Part shown: piece by piece, positions 8,692-15,997 of the stretch | How positions within the stretch are numbered: position 1 is the stretch's first letter | How the letters are laid out: each line of letters starts with the position of its first letter | From: a virus | Direction: 5' to 3' (one strand) | Virus record (IMG/VR): IMGVR_UViG_3300002461_000812 | Coordinates: 1 to 64,000 of that record | DNA length: 64,000 nucleotides | The notes under the pieces: generated by a model | Database searches by the model: none | Told to the model about the DNA's origin: nothing | The model's input: the letters and a program-made list of their open reading frames with translations, nothing else | Translations under genes and position numbers: made by a program

Positions 8692-9140
8692 CCATCACCA
8701 CCCCGCCAAAGAAGAACAAAGCCGATGTCCTCCTGGTCGAGGACAACGCGGCCGACGTGTACGTGACGCGGCTCGCCTTCGCGAAGGGCCGCGTTGCGGT
8801 GTCGCTTCACGTCGCAACGGACGGCGACGACGCCATGCACTTCCTTCGCAAGCAGGGGAAGTGGCTCGGTGCACCGCGTCCGGATCTCGTGATCCTCGAC
8901 CTCAACATGCCGCGTCGCAACGGGAGAGAGGTCCTCGCCGAGATGCGAGCTGACCCGTTGCTGCGCCGGATCCCGGTGGTGGTCTTGACCAGCTCGTCAG
9001 CAGACGCGGACATCTTCGACGTGTATGATCTCGGTGCGAACGCTTGCTTCACCAAACCAAGCGACTTCGATTCCCTCACCCAGATCGTCCTGACGTTGGA
9101 AGATTTGTGGTTCGTGCTCGGTCAGCTTCCGTCGAGGTGA
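8688..9140 (+). CDS. single-domain response regulator (CheY/Rcp1-like receiver)
   Basis: LLVEDN acidic pocket, DLVILDLNMP phospho-Asp, VVVLTSS and FTKP Lys. ATGA overlap with the kinase gene. Confidence 0.9.
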   Translation: MTITTPPKKNKADVLLVEDNAADVYVTRLAFAKGRVAVSLHVATDGDDAMHFLRKQGKWLGAPRPDLVILDLNMPRRNGREVLAEMRADPLLRRIPVVVLTSSSADADIFDVYDLGANACFTKPSDFDSLTQIVLTLEDLWFVLGQLPSR

Positions 9141-9144
9141 TGCC

Positions 9145-9972
9145 GTGACCACCTACTCCATCCTCCTGGTCGAGGACAACGCAGGCGACGCCGACTACAT
9201 CCAGCGCGCGCTCCGACGGAGCGAGGACGGTGTTCGGTTCGAGGTCTCGGTCGTTGGATGGCTGAACACGGCGCTCACCACCGTTGGGGCTAGGTCCTTC
9301 GATGCGGTCCTGCTCGACCTGTCCCTTCCGGACTCCCAGGGCCTCGACACCGTCGTCCAGTTCCTCGCCTCCGCTCCCCAGCTCCCGGTGATCGTCATGA
9401 CCGGTCACGACGACATGGTCACCGGGATCAACGCCGTCCGGTACGGTGCCCAGGACTACCTCATCAAGGGGGACACGGGGGACCGTTCCCTGGAGCGCTC
9501 GATCATCTACGCCATCGAGCGCAAGCGGGCCGACATGGTCGGCAAGAAGCTGCTCCGAGCGAGCATCGGAACGCTCTCCAGCGCGGGCGGTGGAGCGACA
9601 GCGCTCGTCCACGAGCACCTGGCACACGTTGCCGACTTCCTCCACGACCTGCGCGCGTACATCGCGCGCAACGCGCCCGCGCACGCGGACAGCATCGAAG
9701 CCATCGCCTCCAACCACCAGATCGACGTGGTGCTCAGGGAGATCAGGGCCATCGTCCAGATGGACGTGCAGTCCACGAGGCCGGGGACGGCGCGCCCCAA
9801 GAAGATCTCGGAGGAGGCGTTGCAGGCGGTGTCGTCCTTGTCCTCCGCCTCCGGAAGGCCGGTAGCTCCGTCCTCTGCGCGCGGAGCCCTGCTCTCGGTG
9901 ATCGAGTCGTCCGGCGAGATCGGAGAAAGGTACGCCGTTCCGGGCGTGAAAAATGGTTCCGACGATGAGTGA
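9145..9972 (+). CDS. response regulator: receiver domain plus a C-terminal helical region of about 150 aa with unknown function
   Basis: ILLVEDNAGD, DAVLLDLSLPD, VIVMTGH and DYLIKG. The C-terminus (HEHLAHVADFLHDLRAYI...) has no recognisable DNA-binding output. GTG start 4 nt after the preceding stop. Confidence 0.85.
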   Translation: MTTYSILLVEDNAGDADYIQRALRRSEDGVRFEVSVVGWLNTALTTVGARSFDAVLLDLSLPDSQGLDTVVQFLASAPQLPVIVMTGHDDMVTGINAVRYGAQDYLIKGDTGDRSLERSIIYAIERKRADMVGKKLLRASIGTLSSAGGGATALVHEHLAHVADFLHDLRAYIARNAPAHADSIEAIASNHQIDVVLREIRAIVQMDVQSTRPGTARPKKISEEALQAVSSLSSASGRPVAPSSARGALLSVIESSGEIGERYAVPGVKNGSDDE

Positions 9973-10522
9973 CTTGGATGGCATTCGGCGAGACGTAGCC
10001 AAGCTGGCCTCTGACCTGTCGCGTGGCGTGAGCGCGACATCGGTCCTGATCGAGCAGATCCAGAAGCAGCTCAACGAGGTCGCTCGTCGGCTCGACGAGA
10101 AGGTCCGCGACGACCACCAGGGCGCGTTGAAGCTGGCTGCCGACCTGGCGGAGATCAAGACCAAGCTCGACGGGCTGCGGACCGACGCCGACCACCTCTC
10201 CGGAACGCCCGAGCGCATCGCCAAGCTGGAGGCCGGTCACGAGCACGTCAGGGCCGACATCACCGGCAAGCACGACATGGCGAAGGACCTGGCGAAGGTC
10301 ACGGTCGAATCGCACGAGAAGAAGGAAGACCGCCTTCTGGAGGAGAAGAGGATCAAGGCCGAGCAGCACAAGGCCAAGCTCCAGTTCTGGGGGGCCGTGG
10401 CGGTCGTCTCGTTGCCCGGCATCATCGCGCTCCTCTGGCACCTCTTCGGTCTTCCAGGATCCCCGCCTACGACTCCCTCGGCGCCCCGACCGCCGACGCA
10501 CTCTGCGGCTGAGCCTCACTGA
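9965..10522 (+). CDS. coiled-coil protein with C-terminal transmembrane anchor
   Basis: ATG 9965 overlaps the receiver gene stop by 8 nt. Long heptad-like region followed by FWGAVAVVSLPGIIALLWHLFGL. Confidence 0.7.
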   Translation: MSDLDGIRRDVAKLASDLSRGVSATSVLIEQIQKQLNEVARRLDEKVRDDHQGALKLAADLAEIKTKLDGLRTDADHLSGTPERIAKLEAGHEHVRADITGKHDMAKDLAKVTVESHEKKEDRLLEEKRIKAEQHKAKLQFWGAVAVVSLPGIIALLWHLFGLPGSPPTTPSAPRPPTHSAAEPH

Positions 10523-11963
10523 CGGCCGGCAAGCGGATGGCAGGGATGTACGGCTTCGACTCGTCGCCGACGACCGTCGGATCGATCCACCGGGTGAGGA
10601 TGGCGATCCACTCGTCCGGAGCCTTCGGCGGCTGCCCACGCTCCATGAGCTGGCGGTAGGCGTTCGAGGTCGGTTCGTCGATCGTCCAGACCTGGTACTC
10701 CGCCTCCTGGAGCTTCTGCGCGTCCTTCGTGGAGAGCGGCAGCTTCCCGCGCCGGATGTAGCAGCGCTCGTGGCCGCGTCGGTCGTGCCGGTACGCCAGC
10801 TCGCGAGAGATCTGCGCGAGAGCCTCACGCGAGCGCGCGCCCGAGTCCTCGATGAGCTTCTTCTCCATCCGGACCGTGTAGTAGGGCTTCGGGATGAGGC
10901 CCTGGACCTTGAGCCTCTTGCTCTTCTTGCCCCAGTCGTGGCGCTGGTTGTTGGTCAGCCGAGTCTCGATGACGAGCTGGCGGTGGTCGTTGACCACGGC
11001 CACCAGGTGCGTCGAGATCCAGGGCGCCATGTTCAGCACCGGGTGATGCCAGATCCCGTCCATGCACACGATGTTCGGCATGATGTAGTTGTCCTCCGGC
11101 TCGACGGCCTGGATGACCTCGACCACCCACCCGCCGGTCGGTCCGGTCCACACCACGTACCCGAGGATCGCCGCGGCGATGACCTCGCGGGCATCCATGC
11201 CGACGGCTCTCGCCTTCCACTGGTACTCAGCGAGAGAGACGCCGTGTCCGAGGCCGAAGTAGCAGGCGTCGAACGGGAGCGGATCGGGGAACGGAACCCG
11301 GGAGCCAGCCTCGTCGATCCGATCCGTGTACTGGTCGCTGTCCTCCTTCGAGGGCAGCTTGCCCTTGCCCAGGTCGGCCCAGTTCTGCTTCGCGATCTTC
11401 GTGGTCGTGTAGTGGTCGGCCGCCTCCCAGATGGTCGTGAAGTCGCTCGGCGAGAAGTCGAAGATGCGCGCGTTGCGCATGGTGGCCCAGAGCTGCCGAG
11501 CGAACTCCTTGCCACGGTCGATCGGTGCCCCGTCGAGAGTCCGGAGCGCACCGCTCTCGTCGCGGGCAGCCTGGAGCAACGACTCCATGATCCGGAGGTA
11601 CCCGGCGAGAGTCTCGTCGCCTGGCTTGTGCCGTCCCCTGCTTCCGATCGAGGCCGCGACGGCCGGCGTGCGCTTGGCCGCTGCATCGACCCGCGCGGCC
11701 ACCCGTTCGGCGGCCCGCTCACGGAGCCACCGGTACCGAGCTGGATCGGTCACCATCGCCCCGGTGAAGGCGAGCGCCAGGCGCTTGTGGAGGTGCTCGT
11801 TCAACCCCTGCACCGCGCGTGTGGTGGCGCTCTCGAAGGCGGCGTTGAGCGATGCCTGGACGCCGAGCTTGGTCAGCGCATCGACGTACCAGTCGGCCGC
11901 CTCGTCGATGGCGCGCTGCTCGGTCGCGGTGATGCCGAGGGCCTGTTCCACGGGGGTTCTCAC
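10467..11963 (-). CDS. hypothetical protein (498 aa)
   Basis: Protein-like part of ORF 10467..12065. GTG 11963 forms a GTGA overlap with the upstream stop (VRTPVEQALGITATEQRAIDEAADWY...). The 3' end converges on and overlaps 9965-10522. Confidence 0.7.
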   Translation of the reverse strand: MRTPVEQALGITATEQRAIDEAADWYVDALTKLGVQASLNAAFESATTRAVQGLNEHLHKRLALAFTGAMVTDPARYRWLRERAAERVAARVDAAAKRTPAVAASIGSRGRHKPGDETLAGYLRIMESLLQAARDESGALRTLDGAPIDRGKEFARQLWATMRNARIFDFSPSDFTTIWEAADHYTTTKIAKQNWADLGKGKLPSKEDSDQYTDRIDEAGSRVPFPDPLPFDACYFGLGHGVSLAEYQWKARAVGMDAREVIAAAILGYVVWTGPTGGWVVEVIQAVEPEDNYIMPNIVCMDGIWHHPVLNMAPWISTHLVAVVNDHRQLVIETRLTNNQRHDWGKKSKRLKVQGLIPKPYYTVRMEKKLIEDSGARSREALAQISRELAYRHDRRGHERCYIRRGKLPLSTKDAQKLQEAEYQVWTIDEPTSNAYRQLMERGQPPKAPDEWIAILTRWIDPTVVGDESKPYIPAIRLPAVSEAQPQSASAVGAPRES

Positions 11964-12556
11964 AGCTTCTCCTTCGCGGCCTGAGCGAGCTGGCCTTCGT
12001 AGTACCGGCGCTGCTTCTGGAGCTTCTTGAGGGCCGTCTCGGCGCGCTTGCGCTTCGACTCCCACTTGACGATCCGGGCCTCGATGGAGGTCAACTTCGT
12101 GACCCGTCTCTCCTCGATGGAGACCGACTTCTTCGTCGGCAGCGGTTCTTCCTTCACGACTTCGCCGTATCGGGCGAGGAGGTGGGCGTGCATTTCACCG
12201 GCGGCGGCCGTGCCTCTATCCGACCAGCGGTTGACGGCGTTGGGCATGGCGGCGTGGTGGACGCCGAACAGGTGGTAGACCTCGTGCCGGATCAGCCAGA
12301 TGAGCTGAGCGAGACTCACCTCATTGCGCGCGATCCGGATGCGGCACCAGCCCCCGCCCAGCGACGCTCGCCCCGAGCATCCGCCCCGGCGCGTGTAGAC
12401 GTACTCGACGTGGCAGTGCTCCCGGATGAACTCGGCCCGGCGCTTCGTAACGACCGGTAGGTCCTTCGAGAAGACGCGCTCCACATCGGAGACGACCGAC
12501 AGGAAGATCGAGCGCAGCATGACGCCCGAGTACCGGGTGGCGTTGGTGACCTTCAT
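11960..12556 (-). CDS. putative zinc metallopeptidase (HExxH, SprT-like)
   Basis: Internal ATG 12556 (MKVTNATRY...). LIRHEVYHLFGVHH contains HExxH, followed by a coiled-coil basic tail. Confidence 0.55.
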   Translation of the reverse strand: MKVTNATRYSGVMLRSIFLSVVSDVERVFSKDLPVVTKRRAEFIREHCHVEYVYTRRGGCSGRASLGGGWCRIRIARNEVSLAQLIWLIRHEVYHLFGVHHAAMPNAVNRWSDRGTAAAGEMHAHLLARYGEVVKEEPLPTKKSVSIEERRVTKLTSIEARIVKWESKRKRAETALKKLQKQRRYYEGQLAQAAKEKL

Positions 12557-12577
12557 GACTTCGAGTCCTCTCGTGCG
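12551..12577. repeat. gene-junction repeat, copy A
   Basis: 24 of 27 nt are identical to 12811-12837. Encodes AREDSKS-stop overlapping ATG-AAG. Confidence 0.8.
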
Positions 12578-12816
12578 ACCGCCTGCTCCCATAGGGTTTC
12601 GACGCCCTTGGCCCATCCCGCCGCGTATGCACGCAGCACTGCCGTTCGGTCTGCCGCGTTCATCTCGTACGTGCGGACACCCAGACCCACGAACAAGTCT
12701 CGTGCGCCTGAGCGCTTGCCGCGGACCCTCGCATTGTTGAAGCCCTCCGCTGACGCCAGAACGAGCAGCGATTGCAGTCGCTCCATCGTTAGGCCGATCT
12801 TGGTTCGTTCCTTCAT
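12553..12816 (-). CDS. hypothetical protein (87 aa)
   Basis: Internal ATG 12816 (MKERTKIGLTMERLQSLL...). ATGA overlaps on both sides. Ends AREDSKS. Confidence 0.65.
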   Translation of the reverse strand: MKERTKIGLTMERLQSLLVLASAEGFNNARVRGKRSGARDLFVGLGVRTYEMNAADRTAVLRAYAAGWAKGVETLWEQAVAREDSKS

Positions 12817-12837
12817 GACTTCGATTCCTCCCGCGCG
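12811..12837. repeat. gene-junction repeat, copy B
   Basis: Encodes AREESKS-stop overlapping ATG-AAG. Confidence 0.8.
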
Positions 12838-12989
12838 TCCTTGCAGTCCAGGTGCGTGCAGGCGTGCGCGCACGGGAAACGATCGTTGCAGCCCTCGCAG
12901 CGGGAAGACTTGCCCCCTCGCCCGAGAAGCCACCGAGTCTTGGACCTGCACTTGTGGCAGGTCATGACCTCCACGGGCGGCAGGCTCAC
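12813..12989 (-). CDS. Cys-rich mini-protein (50-58 aa)
   Basis: MTCHKCRSKTRWLLGRGGKSSRCEGCNDRFPCAHACTHLDC. GTG 12989 (GTGA overlap, AAGGAG SD) or ATG 12965. Ends AREESKS. Confidence 0.55.
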   Translation of the reverse strand: MSLPPVEVMTCHKCRSKTRWLLGRGGKSSRCEGCNDRFPCAHACTHLDCKDAREESKS

Positions 12990-13207
12990 CACGTCTCCTT
13001 GCCGCAGTCCCAACGACCGGATTCCTCGTCGGCGTAGACGGCGAGACGCTCCGCCTCGCGGGCGAGCATCTCTGCCTCGCGAGCATCCATCCAGGCGTCC
13101 ATGGCGGCCAGTTCGGCTTCCTCCTGGGCCGCGCGCGCAGCGCAGACGCAGCACGCGGGAATGGGGGCGGGAGCGGTAGGGGCGTGGACGTGGGCGAGAG
13201 CAGACAT
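12986..13207 (-). CDS. small protein (73 aa) with a CCVC motif
   Basis: ORF track. AAAGGAA lies upstream of ATG 13207. First gene downstream of promoter 13233-13260. Confidence 0.6.
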   Translation of the reverse strand: MSALAHVHAPTAPAPIPACCVCAARAAQEEAELAAMDAWMDAREAEMLAREAERLAVYADEESGRWDCGKETW

Positions 13208-13232
13208 CGTCAGTTCCTTTCTCTACAAGTCC

Positions 13233-13260
13233 ATCATAGCGTGTACGAAGCGTTTGTCAA
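13233..13260 (-). promoter_or_regulatory. sigma70-like promoter TTGACA-N16-TATGAT
   Basis: Minus strand. The -35 hexamer contains the TGA stop (13257-13259) of the upstream gene. Confidence 0.7.
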
Positions 13261-13784
13261 GCCGCCTCCAGGACCATGAACGCCTCGATCGGCGGCTCGG
13301 GGATGAGGACCATGAATGCCTCGACCGGGGGCTCGGGGATGAGGACCGCGTCGTGGGTCATGTCCCAGACCGGAGGGGGCGAGGTCACGACGACCGAGAG
13401 GGTTGCCAGCTCCGACTCGACTCGCGCGTCGCGCTCGGCGCGAAGGCGGGAGATGAGGGCGTCGTGGGCCGCCTTGCTGGCCGCGCGCACCGCACGCGCC
13501 TTGGTCACGAGGCGAGTCGTCTCGGCCTCCGCCGCCGCGTGGGCAGCCGCCTTGGCCGCCAGCTTCTTGGCCGCTCGACGCTCCGCCGCGCGCTCCTTGC
13601 GCGCCTGGTAGACGGGGTCGGTGCCTGGGTACCAGCGGACGCTCACGCCGGGGCAGAGGACCTTGGCCCAGCCACCCTTCTTCGAGGTGGCCATGGGGCC
13701 GTAGCCGGCCGGAGGAGTCGCCCAGCCCACGATCACACGAAGCTCGCCACCACCCAAACGCTCGACCTTGACCGCTGCACCCAT
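13257..13784 (-). CDS. hypothetical protein (175 aa) with a duplicated C-terminal 12-aa unit
   Basis: GAAGGAGAG SD. Ala/Lys-rich helical centre. C-terminus reads LIPEPPVEAFMV LIPEPPIEAFMV. Confidence 0.7.
   Translation of the reverse strand: MGAAVKVERLGGGELRVIVGWATPPAGYGPMATSKKGGWAKVLCPGVSVRWYPGTDPVYQARKERAAERRAAKKLAAKAAAHAAAEAETTRLVTKARAVRAASKAAHDALISRLRAERDARVESELATLSVVVTSPPPVWDMTHDAVLIPEPPVEAFMVLIPEPPIEAFMVLEAA
13271..13342. repeat. 36-bp tandem duplication (2 copies) inside CDS 13257-13784
   Basis: GGACCATGAACGCCTCGATCGGCGGCTCGGGGATGA is followed by a near-identical copy with 3 differences. Confidence 0.9.
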
Positions 13785-13808
13785 GACGCACTCTCCTTCT
13801 GCACTGAG

Positions 13809-13836
13809 TTCTTATCATGTAACTAGCGTTGGTCAA
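13809..13836 (-). promoter_or_regulatory. sigma70-like promoter TTGACC-N16-TAAGAA
   Basis: Minus strand, divergent from promoter 13875-13902. Confidence 0.6.
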
Positions 13837-13874
13837 TGTGAGAACATCTCTCTAGAATGGCCAAAGATAGATTC

Positions 13875-13902
13875 TTGACAGACTCATTTTAGACTGTAAG
13901 AT
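13875..13902 (+). promoter_or_regulatory. sigma70-like promoter TTGACA-N16-TAAGAT, leaderless
   Basis: CTTGACAGACTCATTTTAGACTGTAAGATgggtgcATG. Confidence 0.75.
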
Positions 13903-13908
13903 GGGTGC

Positions 13909-14685
13909 ATGGGCAAGACGACGAACAAGGGAACCTGCGGAGCCTGCTTCCGCTCGATGACGCTCGGCGCGGACGGCAAGGTCGTTCGCCACGGCTGGCG
14001 CGAGGCTGGCGGCACTCGCCGGGTCGGCAGCTACGGCCACGTCTTCCACTCCGGCGCCTGCTTCGGGGTCGGCTGGCTGCCCTACGAAGTCAGCTCGGAC
14101 TGCACGACGGCCTTCGTCGAGCAGGTGCTCTTCCCGATGGGCGTGAACGCCCAGGGCTACCTGACCCACCTGGCCACCCGCCCGGCGCTCGTCTACGAGG
14201 GCGCGACCTGGGCCGCGAACTTCACCGAGGTGCGCAACGCGCCCGGGTGTCGTGGTCACCGGGGCGGCTCGGACTACTGGGACGGCTACTACCGCTGGTC
14301 GCTCAAGCTCCGCGACGGCGACCCGGCCGTGACCCTCAAGAATCACCCCGAGAACTGGGGCGGGGACAAGGTCCCGAGCTACGACACCTACCTCGCGAGC
14401 AAGGTCAGCGACGGCCAGCGCACCTGGGAGGGGATCGCCAAGGACGCGCTCTACTGCCTCTCGATGGTGTCGAACTGGAAGCCGGTCGCGGTGAAGACGG
14501 TCGAGAAGAAGCTCCCCCTGCTCCACACGGGCCACACGAACTCCCTCTGGCTCGCTCGCTGCCGGATGACCTTCGGCCGGGGGCCCAGCCTCCGGGTCAC
14601 GCAGGTGGCCGCCGACGTGACCTGCCCGAAGTGCCTGGCCATCATGGCGAGGGAAGCGGAACGGGCCGCAAAGAAGTCGGCCTAG
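13909..14685 (+). CDS. hypothetical Cys-rich protein (258 aa), leaderless
   Basis: ORF track. GTCGACF...HSGACFG...CPKC. ATG lies 6 nt after the -10 element. Confidence 0.75.
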   Translation: MGKTTNKGTCGACFRSMTLGADGKVVRHGWREAGGTRRVGSYGHVFHSGACFGVGWLPYEVSSDCTTAFVEQVLFPMGVNAQGYLTHLATRPALVYEGATWAANFTEVRNAPGCRGHRGGSDYWDGYYRWSLKLRDGDPAVTLKNHPENWGGDKVPSYDTYLASKVSDGQRTWEGIAKDALYCLSMVSNWKPVAVKTVEKKLPLLHTGHTNSLWLARCRMTFGRGPSLRVTQVAADVTCPKCLAIMAREAERAAKKSA

Positions 14686-14689
14686 ACTC

Positions 14690-14717
14690 TTGACAGACGC
14701 AACCTATCGGCTATGAT
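14690..14717 (+). promoter_or_regulatory. sigma70-like promoter TTGACA-N16-TATGAT
   Basis: CTTGACAGAC...TATGAT, followed by the GAGAAGGAGA SD. Confidence 0.75.
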
Positions 14718-14738
14718 GGGAGAGAAGGAGACGGCGAC

Positions 14739-15065
14739 ATGAGAAGCACGGAGATCGAACTGGAGGTCGAGGTCGAGGTGGACGGAGCCATCGTCATGGC
14801 CACGGCTACGGTCGAGGTCAGCGGCGAGTACATGCCCGGGACCTGGGGTCCCAACGGCGGCGACCCGCCCGAGTACCCGGAGGCCGAGGTGGTCTCCCTC
14901 TCCTACAAGACCGAGGCGGGCGAGGAGCGCACGCTCTCTCTCGACCTGCTCACCGACAACCAGAACGAAGACCTCACCAACCGCGCCATCGAGCAGCGCG
15001 ACGACGGCCCCGACCCCGACTCCGACTGGGATTCCCGCTGCGACCGCGACGACTACGCCTACTGA
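14739..15065 (+). CDS. hypothetical acidic protein (108 aa)
   Basis: ORF track, GAGAAGGAGA SD, strongly acidic composition. Confidence 0.7.
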   Translation: MRSTEIELEVEVEVDGAIVMATATVEVSGEYMPGTWGPNGGDPPEYPEAEVVSLSYKTEAGEERTLSLDLLTDNQNEDLTNRAIEQRDDGPDPDSDWDSRCDRDDYAY

Positions 15066-15078
15066 GAAGCCAACGACC

Positions 15079-15657
15079 ATGACCACCACCGCCCACTCCT
15101 GCTCCTGCGGCACCTCGACCCCTCACGTCATCGCGCGTCGCATGACGGCCGACGGGATCGGCGTCGCGTTGCACCACGACGGGGCGGTCACCGGTCGATT
15201 CGGCTCCGGCCTCGCCGGGGTCCCGGTGGTGCGCCCCCGCACGAGCGAGGCTCGTGACCTGGCGCTCCGCGCGGGCTGGCTCTTTGCGGACGAGGTGTGC
15301 CTCTACGACTACTCCGAGCTGGGCGCGCTCTACGCGGCCTGCCGCTGGGCAGCCGCCCACGATGGGCTCCCTGGCACCGTCCGAGACCGGATGGCCAGGC
15401 CCGCACGCCTCACCCCGGTGTGGACGGTCGAGAGTGCCGACCGCGATGGTCGTCCGACCAGCCGCTACTGGCGCCTCCCGCGTCTCCTCTCGCCCGGCAC
15501 CGTGGTCTGGGACCACGTCAGCGTCGGCGCCTCGGGCGGTCGCTACGAGATCCACCGGACCGTGCGCGGTTCGCACGGAGAGACGTGCGTGCCCACGGGC
15601 ATCCGCTTTCACACGCTCGACGAGGTGTCGAGCTTCATCCTGTCGGAGAAGTCATGA
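15079..15657 (+). CDS. hypothetical protein (192 aa)
   Basis: ORF track with protein-like composition. Confidence 0.65.
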   Translation: MTTTAHSCSCGTSTPHVIARRMTADGIGVALHHDGAVTGRFGSGLAGVPVVRPRTSEARDLALRAGWLFADEVCLYDYSELGALYAACRWAAAHDGLPGTVRDRMARPARLTPVWTVESADRDGRPTSRYWRLPRLLSPGTVVWDHVSVGASGGRYEIHRTVRGSHGETCVPTGIRFHTLDEVSSFILSEKS

Positions 15658-15968
15658 CGAAGAAGACCTGGTTCGAGCTGGAGAGCCACACCGGAGAGGT
15701 GCTCTGTCGCCTCAATCCCGACCTCTCCGTTCACCCCATTCGCGCCAACAGGCGTCGGCACTTTGCTAAGCGGTCCTACGGCTACTCCGTTGTGGAGTTC
15801 AAGACCGAGAAGTCGGCAAAGCTCTGCGCCGCGAAGCTCTTCGCGTCAGGTCGTGCCGACTTGCCGAAGTTCATCGTCGTCGTCCGGTTCGAGCCCACCG
15901 TCAACCGCACCACCCCGTTCATGTTCCGAAACCCCAAGGCTCCGCCCGCCAAGAAGCGCGCAGCCTGA
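15654..15968 (+). CDS. hypothetical protein (104 aa)
   Basis: Internal ATG 15654 of ORF 15297..15968 with an ATGA overlap (MTKKTWFELESHTGEVL...). Confidence 0.65.
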   Translation: MTKKTWFELESHTGEVLCRLNPDLSVHPIRANRRRHFAKRSYGYSVVEFKTEKSAKLCAAKLFASGRADLPKFIVVVRFEPTVNRTTPFMFRNPKAPPAKKRAA

Positions 15969-15997
15969 GCAGAAGCAGATCAAGGAGAAGCAGACCC

